64,000 nt of DNA from Anaerolineae bacterium (GTDB lineage Bacteria; Chloroflexota; Anaerolineae; S140-20), in assembly GCA_027021705.1 (NCBI GenBank), contig JALUTT010000120.1:37005-101004 (forward strand), given 5' to 3'. The notes below the pieces were generated by a model. That model saw only the letters and a program-made list of their open reading frames with translations. It ran no database searches and was not told the DNA's origin. A program made the translations under genes and the position numbers. Position 1 is the first letter of the stretch, and each line of letters starts with the position of its first letter. Of this stretch, positions 1-14,159 are shown in pieces.

Positions 1-2
1 TC

Positions 3-323
3 CGGGGGCTCTGGACGATCCCGGCCGGCTTCGTCGAGTACGACGAGGCCCCCGATGAGGCAGCGGTTCGCGAGTGCCGGGAGGAAACCGGGCTGGAGGT
101 TCGCATCACCGAACTGCTGGACGTCATCCACGGTCAGGAGCACCCCCGGGGAGCCGACCTGGTCATCGTCTACCGGGCGGAGATCGTGGGGGGCACGCTG
201 CGCCTCTCCGAGGAGAATGACGCTGTGGGCTTCTTCAGCCCCGACGAGCTCCCCCCGCTGGCCTTCAAGGCCACGCGCCGGGCGCTGAGCCACTGGCGCG
301 GGAAACGGGGGGATGAGACATAG
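3..323 (+). CDS. NUDIX hydrolase, 5'-truncated by window edge
   Basis: Frame +3 reads RGLWTIPAGFVEYDEAPDEAAVRECREETGLEV (Nudix box GX5EX7REUXEEXGU); stop TAG at 321-323. Confidence 0.85.
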   Translation, partial: RGLWTIPAGFVEYDEAPDEAAVRECREETGLEVRITELLDVIHGQEHPRGADLVIVYRAEIVGGTLRLSEENDAVGFFSPDELPPLAFKATRRALSHWRGKRGDET

Positions 324-639
324 GGTGTGAAGCGTAGGGCATAGCACCAAAGCGTGAAAGGCGAACGGTCGGCCGGCGCACCGGAATCGAGTTCCGGCGC
401 GCCGATTTTTACGCTCAGTTTATGGCAAGACGGCCTTCTTTCAGGTACAATGTTTAACGAAGTGTCTTCCTCTCGCAGTCACGCGGTGCCCGGTGACGGC
501 AATGGCTTGTCGGAAGCTGTCTATGACGCGCTCAGGCTGTGGGGGGAACCTGCGGAAGGGGCGGCGAGCTGATGGTCAGGCTCTCCTACCTCTGGGGATG
601 GGGTCGTATTGGTGGTGAGGTCATAGGTGGAGTAGTGGA

Positions 640-982
640 GAGTGCCCGGCACCCGTTAGGACGAGTGTGTAGCGGAGAGGCAGGATTCCGGGTGTCGGGC
701 GAGGGGAATGGTGCCCGGCACCCACCATTGCGGGCTTGTGGCGGATGGGGGTGAGGTGTAGAGGCAAGGCTCTGGGTGTCGGGCACCGCATTAAAAGGCT
801 CCTACCGAGCAGACGCGCGCTGGATCCTTGTGGGACAGTACCCGGCACCGATCCGAGGTGCCGGGTACTGCTTTGACCGGTGATGATCCACATCTGAGGG
901 CAGGGAGGCTAGCTGCCCACGAAGGGGGCACGAATGCACGAAGGAGGAGCTGCCCCATTCGTGCATTCGTGAGAAATTCGTG
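640..982. repeat. Cluster of REP-like palindromic hairpins
   Basis: Inverted pairs GTGCCCGGCACCC...GGGTGTCGGGC (twice), CAGTACCCGGCACC...GGTGCCGGGTACTG, CACGAATGCACGAA...TTCGTGCATTCGTG. Confidence 0.6.
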
Positions 983-1063
983 GATGGCCTGCTGCGGCCC
1001 ATTTCCTCGCCCACTTCTGGGGTAATTACCACTTCTGAGGGGGTGGGCAACGGTGCTCCGCCG

Positions 1064-1072
1064 TGGTATAAT
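1064..1072 (+). promoter_or_regulatory. Putative extended -10 promoter of the ABC operon
   Basis: TGGTATAAT about 60 bp upstream of ATG 1131. Confidence 0.45.
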
Positions 1073-1130
1073 CTTTCGCTACGTATCCCTCTCGCGCATC
1101 ACTCCCACGTACACACCCCGGAGGTGCACG

Positions 1131-2783
1131 ATGCACAAAGGCCGAACGCGATGGATCCTCCCCTTTACTCTCGTCCTTCTCATCGCCCTGCTCTTGGCTG
1201 CCTGCGGTCCCAAGGCGACCCCCACCCTGCCGCCAACCCAGCCGGCCGAGGAGCAGAAGCCGGCGCCCACCCAGCCGCCGGCTGCCGAGGAGGACCGAAC
1301 CCTGGTGATCGCCCGCAACCTGGACGACCTGATCACCCTCGACCCCGGTCAGGCTTACGAGCACACCAACCTGCTCATCCATCGGGCCACTTACGAGACC
1401 CTGGTGGAGTTCTCAGCCGACGACCTGGGAACCCCCAAACCCCGCCTGGCCGAACGGTGGGAGGTCTCCGATGATGGCTTGACCTACACCTTCTACCTGC
1501 GCCCAGATGCCGTCTTCGCCTCCGGCAATCCGGTCACCGCCCAGGACGTCGTCTTCTCCTGGAACCGCCTGAAGAACCTGAAGGGCAATCCCGCCTTCTA
1601 CGCCGATCCCATCGCCTCCGTGGAGGCGGTGGACGACCACACGGTCAAGGTCGTCCTCAGCGAGCCGGCCACCGCCTTCCTCTCCATCCTGGCTGCCCCC
1701 GCGATGAGCGTCCTCGACAGCCAGGTCGTCAAAGAACAGGGCGGCACTGACGCCGAGGATGCCGACAAGACCGACCAGGCCAAGGATTGGCTGGACCAGC
1801 ACTCGGCCGGCTCCGGCCCCTACGTCCTCACCCGCTGGGAGCCCAAGGCCGAGGTCGTCCTGGAGGCCAACCCCAACTACTACGGCACCAAGCCCTACTT
1901 CCAGCGCATCATCCTCAAGCACGTCTCCGACGCTGCTACCCAGCTCCAGCTCGTCCAGAAGGGGGACGTGGATGTGGTGATGGACCTGGACCGGGACCTG
2001 GCCGACCAGGTAAAGCAGGACCCCAACCTCCAGTTGATTGAAGGACAGACCCTGAACATCGTCTACCTGGCCCTCTCCCCTGACGAGGAGTTGGGCGGCC
2101 CTCTGGCCGATGTCCGGGTTCGGCAGGCCATCGCCTACGCCATAGACTACGAGGGGCTGATCGAAGGGCTCCTGCGGGGGTACGCGGCCCATCCGCCGAC
2201 CGTCATCCCCCTGGGCGTTCCCGGCGTGGACGCGGCCAAGGCCCCGCAGCGGGACCTGGAGAAGGCCAAGGAGTTGCTGGCCCAGGCGGGCGCGGAGAAC
2301 CTCAAACTCTCCCTCGCCTTCCCCACCGGCCTGGTCCAGGGCGTCCAGGGCGAGACGCTGGCGGCCAAGGTGCAGGCCGACCTGGCCGAGGCCGGCATCC
2401 AGGTGGACCTCCAGCCGATGGAACGCTCCGTCTTCTACACCGACTTCCGGGCCCAGAAGCTCCCCTTCCTCATCAGCGTCTGGACGCCGGACTACGTGGA
2501 CGTGACGATGTGGACCGACTACTTCGCCCAGGAGGGGCGGGGGGTGGCCAACCGGATCAAGTACGCCAGCGCCAAGGCCACCGAGATCGCCAAGGCCATC
2601 GCCGTGGAGCAGGACCCGGCCAAGCGCCAGGCGATGACGGCCCAGTTGGTGGACCAACTGCTGGAGGAGATGCCCTACGTGATGCTCTTCCAGCCCCAGT
2701 CCCTCAACGTCGTCCGGGCCGGCATTCAGGGCTACCAGTTCCACCCCGTCTACTTCCTGGACGTGGCTGCTCTCTCCCGCTAA
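1131..2783 (+). CDS. Peptide/nickel ABC transporter substrate-binding lipoprotein (SBP family 5)
   Basis: Lipobox LAAC, TLDP, YETLV, LAERWEVSDDGLTYTFYLR, GSGPY motifs; RBS GGAGG. Confidence 0.9.
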   Translation: MHKGRTRWILPFTLVLLIALLLAACGPKATPTLPPTQPAEEQKPAPTQPPAAEEDRTLVIARNLDDLITLDPGQAYEHTNLLIHRATYETLVEFSADDLGTPKPRLAERWEVSDDGLTYTFYLRPDAVFASGNPVTAQDVVFSWNRLKNLKGNPAFYADPIASVEAVDDHTVKVVLSEPATAFLSILAAPAMSVLDSQVVKEQGGTDAEDADKTDQAKDWLDQHSAGSGPYVLTRWEPKAEVVLEANPNYYGTKPYFQRIILKHVSDAATQLQLVQKGDVDVVMDLDRDLADQVKQDPNLQLIEGQTLNIVYLALSPDEELGGPLADVRVRQAIAYAIDYEGLIEGLLRGYAAHPPTVIPLGVPGVDAAKAPQRDLEKAKELLAQAGAENLKLSLAFPTGLVQGVQGETLAAKVQADLAEAGIQVDLQPMERSVFYTDFRAQKLPFLISVWTPDYVDVTMWTDYFAQEGRGVANRIKYASAKATEIAKAIAVEQDPAKRQAMTAQLVDQLLEEMPYVMLFQPQSLNVVRAGIQGYQFHPVYFLDVAALSR

Positions 2784-2812
2784 GGGGGGAACCGGGGCAG
2801 TCGGCCCGTTGA

Positions 2813-2933
2813 CCAACTTTCACCCTCCCGCAGGTTGGGCGCGTTTCCGGCACAAAACCGCGCTTCAAATAGCCCATCGGGGCTGAAAGCGTCCTCGACC
2901 GGTGACCTGCGGGAGGGTAGGCTGAGTAGATAC
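2813..2933 (+). mobile_element. MITE copy 1 (degenerate left end)
   Basis: Near-identical to copies at 4047, 30471 and 45814; inner inverted repeat CCCTCCCGCAGGT/ACCTGCGGGAGGG. Confidence 0.8.
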
Positions 2934-3022
2934 GACAGACGAACCTCGCCGTGGACGGTGCCCGGTAGTGCGTCGGGTGCCGTCCACCCACCGCCTGCAA
3001 CACGCGACGCGCAACACGCCCG

Positions 3023-4039
3023 ATGTCCTACTCCACCTTTCTCATCCGCCGGCTCCTCCTCGTCCCCGTGATGCTGGTGGGCGTCACCCTCGTCGTCTTC
3101 GCCGTCACCCGCCTGGTCCCTGCGGACCCCCTCGCCGTCATCGTCAGCGAGAAGGCGATGGACAACCCCCAGGTGGTCCAGGCGGCGGTGGAGAAGTGGG
3201 GGCTCGACCGCTCGCTGCCGGAGCAGTACCTCCGCTTCCTGGGCAACCTGCTTCACGGCGACCTGGGGCTTTCCTTCAAGACCCGACGTCCGGTGACGAT
3301 GGACCTGGCCGAGTTCCTGCCGGCCACCCTGGAACTGACCTTCGCCTCGATGCTCTTCGCCCTGCTCCTGGGCATCCCCCTGGGAATCGTCGCCGCCCTG
3401 CGGGCAGGAGGGTGGACCGACCGGCTCATCCGGCTGGTCACGCTGCTGGGCACCTCCACGCCTCCCTTTTGGTCCGGCCTCATCGCCCTCTTCTTCCTCT
3501 ACTACCACCTGGGGCTGCTGCCGGGGCCGGGCCGCATTGACACCCGGATGGTCGCCCCACCTCCGGTGACCAACCTCTACACGGTGGACGCGCTCCTGGC
3601 GAGGGATGGAGCCGCCTTCCTCGACGCCTTGCGCCACCTCCTGCTCCCCGCCGTCGTGCTGGGGAGCATCCCCCTCGCCATCATCGCCCGCCTCACCCGG
3701 GCCTCCCTGCTGGAGACCCTCCAGATGCCCTACGTCACCACCGCCCGCTCCAAAGGGCTGACGGAGCGCGTCGTCATCCTGCGCCACGCCCTGCGCAATG
3801 CCCTGATCCCCGTCGTCACCGTCATCGGCCTCTCCTTCGCCAGCCTGATGAGCGGGGCTGTGATGACGGAGACGGTCTTCGCCTGGCCCGGTCTGGGGCG
3901 CTACATGGTCGAGGCCTCGGCCAATCTGGACTACCCTGCCATTATGGGGGGGACGCTGATCATCGCCACCACCTACATCTTCGTCAACCTGATCGTAGAC
4001 CTCTCCTACGGCCTCCTCGACCCCCGGGTGCGGGGATAG
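3023..4039 (+). CDS. Peptide ABC transporter permease (DppB/OppB-like)
   Basis: GDLGLS, PATLEL, TARSKGL (EAA loop), HALRNALIP, ETVFAWPGLG. Confidence 0.92.
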   Translation: MSYSTFLIRRLLLVPVMLVGVTLVVFAVTRLVPADPLAVIVSEKAMDNPQVVQAAVEKWGLDRSLPEQYLRFLGNLLHGDLGLSFKTRRPVTMDLAEFLPATLELTFASMLFALLLGIPLGIVAALRAGGWTDRLIRLVTLLGTSTPPFWSGLIALFFLYYHLGLLPGPGRIDTRMVAPPPVTNLYTVDALLARDGAAFLDALRHLLLPAVVLGSIPLAIIARLTRASLLETLQMPYVTTARSKGLTERVVILRHALRNALIPVVTVIGLSFASLMSGAVMTETVFAWPGLGRYMVEASANLDYPAIMGGTLIIATTYIFVNLIVDLSYGLLDPRVRG

Positions 4040-4046
4040 GCCGGAG

Positions 4047-4168
4047 GTAACTGTTCACCCTCCCGCAGGTTAGGCGTGTTTCCGATGCGAAACCGTGCTT
4101 CAAATAGTCCATCGGGGCTGAAAGCGCCCTCGACCGGTGACCTGCGGGAGGGTGGGCTGAATAGATGC
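4047..4168 (+). mobile_element. MITE copy 2, 122 bp, with 8-bp target-site duplication GGCCGGAG
   Basis: Ends GTAACTGTTCA / TGAATAGATGC; GGCCGGAG at 4039-4046 and 4169-4176. Confidence 0.85.
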
Positions 4169-4212
4169 GGCCGGAGAGGTCGGAGTGCGGAAAGGGACTG
4201 AGGCGACTGGTG

Positions 4213-5049
4213 ATGCCGGACCGATTTCAACGCTTCCTCCACCATCGTGAGGCCCTTCTAGGGCTGGTCTTGATCCTCCTCTGGGGGCTGGTCGCCCTGC
4301 TGGCCCCTCTCATCGCCCCTCACGACCCCCTCCAGCAGAACCTGCGGGAGCGTCTGGCTTCCCTCTCCTGGTCTCATCCCTTCGGAACCGACGAACTGGG
4401 GCGGGATGTCTTCTCGCGGGTGCTCTACGGAGCCCGCATCTCCCTCCCGGTCGGCTTCCTGATCATCCTGCTGGCGGCCCTGGTCGGTGGCTCGCTGGGG
4501 GCGGTGGCCGGCTACGTCGGTGGGCTGCTGGACGACCTGGTCATGCGGGTCGCCGACGTCACCCTCGCCTTCCCCTCCATTGTCCTGGCCCTGGCCATCG
4601 CCGCCGTCCTGGGACCGGGGTTGGGGAACGCCCTCATCGCCATGGCCGCCGTCTGGTGGCCGGAGTACGCCCGCCTGATGCGGGCTCAGGTCCTCACCGT
4701 CAAGGTCCAGGAGTACATCCTGGCGGCCAAAGCCGTGGGCGTGCCGGAGCGCCGCATCCTCCTGCGTCACGTCCTGCCCAACAGCATCGTCCCCCTCTTC
4801 ATCAAGGGCGCGTTGGACATCGGCAACGCCATCCTCTTCGTCGCTGCCCTCTCCTTCATCGGCCTGGGGGCGGTCCCGCCCACCCCCGAGTGGGGCGCGA
4901 TGATCGCCCTGGGACGCAACAAATTCTACCAGTGGTGGATCGCCACCTTCCCCGGCCTGGCCATCGTCAGCGTCGTCGTCGGCTTCAACCTGCTGGGAGA
5001 CGGGCTGCGGGACCTCCTGGACCCCCGCCACCGGGCCGGACGACGGTGA
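4213..5049 (+). CDS. Peptide ABC transporter permease (DppC/OppC-like)
   Basis: HPFGTDELGRDVFSR, HVLPN, LSFIGLG..PPTPEWG, FNLLGDGLRDLLDP. Confidence 0.92.
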   Translation: MPDRFQRFLHHREALLGLVLILLWGLVALLAPLIAPHDPLQQNLRERLASLSWSHPFGTDELGRDVFSRVLYGARISLPVGFLIILLAALVGGSLGAVAGYVGGLLDDLVMRVADVTLAFPSIVLALAIAAVLGPGLGNALIAMAAVWWPEYARLMRAQVLTVKVQEYILAAKAVGVPERRILLRHVLPNSIVPLFIKGALDIGNAILFVAALSFIGLGAVPPTPEWGAMIALGRNKFYQWWIATFPGLAIVSVVVGFNLLGDGLRDLLDPRHRAGRR

Positions 5050-5080
5050 GGCGACCCACCTTACCCGACAGGACGGAGAG

Positions 5081-5725
5081 ATGACCCGGTTACCCCAGCC
5101 ATCGCCTCCCTTTGCCCGCTGGGCCGAGCGCCTGGAGGCCCTCTGCGAGACCGCCCGGGCCGAGCTGCGGGAGCAGCCGCCGGCCCTGCTGGCAGCCCGC
5201 AGCGGGGCCGAGTTCGACCCCCAGACGGGCCTTCTCTCCCTGCCCTTCTTCACCGAGCGCTACCACCTGCGCTTCCCCGATCTCACCATCCGTCGGGAGG
5301 ACGGCCAAGAGCCCTCGTCGTTCATCCAGAGCCTGCTGCTGAGCTACCTGCGCACGGCCGATGGCACGCCCCTGGCGGACCGGTGGATCGGCTTCCGGGA
5401 GCTGCCCGATGGCCTCTTCTACCACGTCGCCTTCCAGGGCTACACGGGCAACCGGCTGGCCCGGGCGTTGGGGAACGATCTCACCCCCTTCCATCGAGCA
5501 GCCCAGGCGCTTGCCGGTGAGCGGCTGGACCTGGGAGATGCCGCCTACGCCTTCCCGGTGCTGCCCCGCCTGCCCATCGCCGTCGTCTACTGGCTGGGCG
5601 ATGAGGAGTTCGCGCCCCGGGCCTCCTTGCTCTTCGACGCCTCGGCTCCCCACTACCTGGTCACCGACGGGCTTGCCATCCTGGGCTCCCAACTGGTCCG
5701 GCGGCTGCTCAAAGCTGCTGTCTGA
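5081..5725 (+). CDS. DUF3786-like protein
   Basis: WIGFRELPDG..Y, GDAAY.FPVLPRLPI.VVYW.GDEEF...ASLLFD pattern. Confidence 0.7.
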   Translation: MTRLPQPSPPFARWAERLEALCETARAELREQPPALLAARSGAEFDPQTGLLSLPFFTERYHLRFPDLTIRREDGQEPSSFIQSLLLSYLRTADGTPLADRWIGFRELPDGLFYHVAFQGYTGNRLARALGNDLTPFHRAAQALAGERLDLGDAAYAFPVLPRLPIAVVYWLGDEEFAPRASLLFDASAPHYLVTDGLAILGSQLVRRLLKAAV

Positions 5726-5819
5726 CAGCCTCCATTTGCATTTTGGGCAAAACGTGTTAGTATGGTAGGCGAGTGGCGTGAAACGTGAAAGGCGAGACAT
5801 ACCGCGTGTTGCGTCCCGT

Positions 5820-5949
5820 CCCTTGCCTCTTGCGCCTTGCACCTTGCGACCTGCACCTTGTGCCTTGCACCTTGCAACCTGCACCTTGTGTCTTGCACCT
5901 TGCGACCTGCACCCTGTGCCTTACACCTTGCGACCTGCACCTTGCACCT
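5820..5949. repeat. Degenerate heptamer tandem repeat (CTTGCAC/CCTGCAC/CTTGCGA)
   Basis: About 18 imperfect 7-bp units in the intergenic region. Confidence 0.85.
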
Positions 5950-5963
5950 AACCGGCAACTGCG

Positions 5964-7451
5964 ATGAGCACGCTTAAAATCTTCGCCCTGGAACTGACCG
6001 TCGGCCCGGCCTCCTCCCCCGGCCACTACCCCGTCACCGCCCGGGGGCTCTCCGGCGGCGCCCGTGCCACGATGGTCCTCGATTCCAACGACCCTGACTT
6101 CCGCGCTGCCCTCACCGCCATCGAGCAAGATGCCACCGACGAGGACCTCTTCCTCAACTTTGGCCGTCGCCTCTTCAACGCCCTCTTCACCGGCCCCGTC
6201 GAGGACGCCTACCGCGCGGCCCTGGGCTACGCCAAGGGGCAGGGGGGGAAGCTGCGGCTGCGGCTGCGGTTGGGCCAGGCCCCCGAGGTTGCCGCCCTCC
6301 CCTGGGAATACCTCTACGACCCTCAGCGGGACCTCTTCCTCGCCATCGCCACCGACACCCCCCTCTCCCGCTACCTGGACGTGGAGCAACTCTTCCCCGG
6401 CCCCCCGCCGGCCGAGCCCCCGCTGCGGGTGCTGCTGGTCCTCTCCAATCCGGCGGACCTGGACGACTACGGCCTCCCCCCCCTCTCGGTGGACCGGGAG
6501 CGCCGGGTGGTGGAGGAGGGGCTGGCCGCGCTGCGCCGGGAGGGGCAAGTGGAGCTGCAGGTGCTGACCCAGGCCCGGCGGGCGGCCATCAGCGAGGCGA
6601 TGCGGCGCTTCCGGCCCCACGTCTTCCACCTGGTGGGGCATGGGGCCTTTCGGCGAGGGCGGGGGGTGGTGCTGCTGGAGCGGGAGGATGGGCGGGCCTG
6701 GATGGTGAGCGACCGGGCCTTTCGGGAGTTCTTCCAGGACCGGCCGGAGACGCGGCTGGTGGTGCTGAACGCCTGCCAGGGGGCGACGCGGGATGGTGGG
6801 GAGGCGCTGGCGGGGCTGGGGCCTCGGTTGGTGCAGCGGGGGGTGCCGGCGGTGGTGGCGATGCAGTACGCGGTGCGGGATGGGGCGGCGGTGGACTTTG
6901 CGCGGGAGTTCTACCGGGTGCTGGCGGGGTGGGCACCGGTGGATGTAGCGGTGACGGAGGGGCGGCGGGCGGTCTACCTGGACTACGGGGTGGAGCAGCG
7001 GGATTGGGGGGTGCCGGTGCTGCTGATGCGGGACCCCGATGGCCTCCTCTTCCTGCCGCCGGAAGCCGAGCAGCCTGAGGCCGAGACGGCTGCTCCACCG
7101 ACGGGAGGGGTCCAGATCCACATTGGAGAGGTCCGCGACGCTTCCGTCTCCATCGGCGATGTCGCCGGCCGGGACATCCACAAGACGACGTCGCCGGCCG
7201 GGGCGGCGTCGCCTCCCACCGGTCGCCTGGCCGACCTGGAGGATCTTATCCGTGAGGTCTACGGCCTGCTGCGGGAGTACGAGGAGGTTCTCATCCTCAC
7301 CGATGATCCGAAGGAACGGCTGCGGGCGCGCCGGCGTATCGAGGAACAGCGCACCCTCCTCCGGCGCTACCTATCGGAGTACCGGCAGCTGGCCCAGCGG
7401 TTGGGCCGACCCGTTCCGCCGGAGATCCAGGAGATGCTGTCCCTATGGTAG
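5964..7451 (+). CDS. CHAT-domain (caspase/separase-like) cysteine protease with amyloid-like motif and C-terminal helical hairpin (EAD-like)
   Basis: LPWEYL, catalytic His in VFHLVGHG and Cys in VVLNACQG, GVPAVVAMQ, DWGVPVL; then GGVQIHIGEVRDASVSIGDVAGRDIHK and a helical tail. Confidence 0.88.
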   Translation: MSTLKIFALELTVGPASSPGHYPVTARGLSGGARATMVLDSNDPDFRAALTAIEQDATDEDLFLNFGRRLFNALFTGPVEDAYRAALGYAKGQGGKLRLRLRLGQAPEVAALPWEYLYDPQRDLFLAIATDTPLSRYLDVEQLFPGPPPAEPPLRVLLVLSNPADLDDYGLPPLSVDRERRVVEEGLAALRREGQVELQVLTQARRAAISEAMRRFRPHVFHLVGHGAFRRGRGVVLLEREDGRAWMVSDRAFREFFQDRPETRLVVLNACQGATRDGGEALAGLGPRLVQRGVPAVVAMQYAVRDGAAVDFAREFYRVLAGWAPVDVAVTEGRRAVYLDYGVEQRDWGVPVLLMRDPDGLLFLPPEAEQPEAETAAPPTGGVQIHIGEVRDASVSIGDVAGRDIHKTTSPAGAASPPTGRLADLEDLIREVYGLLREYEEVLILTDDPKERLRARRRIEEQRTLLRRYLSEYRQLAQRLGRPVPPEIQEMLSLW

Positions 7452-8407
7452 AACAGAGCTACTTCGACCGGGTGCTCAAGATTCTGGCCCGCAACCACGC
7501 CGACGCCTTCCTGCGGCTCGCCTTTCCCCACCGCCCCGTCCGCTTGCTCGGCACCGTCGAGAACGTCGAGATTGACCTGCCCGCCCAGCGGGTGGACTTC
7601 GTCCACCAGATCGAGGACGAGGGGACCGAAAAGCTCCTCCACCTGGAGTTCCAGACCCGCCACGAGCCGGACCTCCCCCGGCGGCTCTTCGTCTACTCCG
7701 GCGCCCTCACCCGCCGCTTCGACCAGGAGGTGCTGACCTTGGTGCTCTACCTGGAGCGGCGCCACCGGGTGCCGCCAGGGGTGTACGAGACCCGGCTGGG
7801 GGGCGAGGTGGTCAACCGCTTTCGGTATCCGACGGTGGGGCTGTGGGAGCACGAGGGGCGGATACGGAGCGGGGAGTTGCGGGCCTTGGCTCCGCTGCTG
7901 GTGGTGGTGGCCGAGGAGCGAGACGAGGGGGTGTTGGCGGAGGAGCGGCGGCTGATCCTGGAGGAGCGGGATGAGCGGCGGCGGGCGGAGTTGTTGGCGG
8001 CGGCGGTGACGGTGGCGAGCCGATACTTTGAGCGAGACTTTCTGTGGGACTTCTTCCGAGAGGAGGTGGAGATGATGCGAGGGAGCAGCTTCATCGAGGA
8101 GTGGATCGAGGAAGGCATCCGCAAGGGGAGGGAGGAGGGGATGCGTGAGGGGCTTCAGCAGGGGCTTCAGCAGGGGCTTCAGCAGGGGCTCCAGCAGGGG
8201 CTCTTGCAGGCCCGGCGAGAGGCTATCATAGATGTGCTGGTGACCCGCTTCGATCCCACCTACCGGTACCTCCGGGCGTTGGAAGCACGCCTGGAGCGCA
8301 TCGGGGACCTGGGGACGCTGCGCGAACTGGTGGGCCTGGCTGCCCAGGTGGAGAGCCTGGAGGCTTTCCAAGAGCACCTGGACGCTCTCGGCGATCAGAC
8401 CGGGTAG
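7445..8407 (+). CDS. Rpn/YhgA-like putative transposase-nuclease (PD-(D/E)XK-like)
   Basis: FDRVLKIL, RVDFV, LLHLEFQT, RLFVY, C-terminal EEG..KGREEG and GLQQ repeats. Confidence 0.75.
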   Translation: MVEQSYFDRVLKILARNHADAFLRLAFPHRPVRLLGTVENVEIDLPAQRVDFVHQIEDEGTEKLLHLEFQTRHEPDLPRRLFVYSGALTRRFDQEVLTLVLYLERRHRVPPGVYETRLGGEVVNRFRYPTVGLWEHEGRIRSGELRALAPLLVVVAEERDEGVLAEERRLILEERDERRRAELLAAAVTVASRYFERDFLWDFFREEVEMMRGSSFIEEWIEEGIRKGREEGMREGLQQGLQQGLQQGLQQGLLQARREAIIDVLVTRFDPTYRYLRALEARLERIGDLGTLRELVGLAAQVESLEAFQEHLDALGDQTG

Positions 8408-8435
8408 CTGGGTGGCTTCTACCCCGTTCCTCGCG

Positions 8436-10669
<2,234 letters not shown>

Positions 10670-10769
10670 AGCCCAACGGGGGCGCACGTGGGTGCGCCCC
10701 CGTCGTTTGGAAGCAACCAAAACCGGTTGGGAGATGTAGGGGCGACCGGCCGGTCGCTCCTCCTTCGTT

Positions 10770-10798
10770 TTGACTTTCACTATGGAGTCAGGTATAAT
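10770..10798 (+). promoter_or_regulatory. Sigma70-type promoter of the rmd-gmd-manB operon
   Basis: TTGACT-17 bp-TATAAT; followed by hairpin GGGAAACCGCC...GGCGGTTTCCC (10811-10845) and preceded by a GTAG-type REP-like palindrome (10737-10761). Confidence 0.65.
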
Positions 10799-10887
10799 CA
10801 GGCCGGTTCCGGGAAACCGCCTCCCGATGGGTGGGGCGGTTTCCCTATCAAACTTTGCCCCGTCGTCCCGTCTCTGTGAGGTGAAAT

Positions 10888-14143
<3,256 letters not shown>

Positions 14144-14159
14144 AAGGAGGGCACCTGTG

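Noticed and set aside
640..870. Possible CRISPR-like repeat-spacer pattern
   Set aside because: Repeats are short, alternate in orientation and are irregularly spaced; better explained as REP-like inverted pairs
6500..7030. Abrupt G-rich codon segments within CHAT (also about 7780-8020 and 27780-28100) as a sign of chimerism
   Set aside because: Reading frames and family motifs continue across the switches; I cannot separate this from local codon-usage variation without computation
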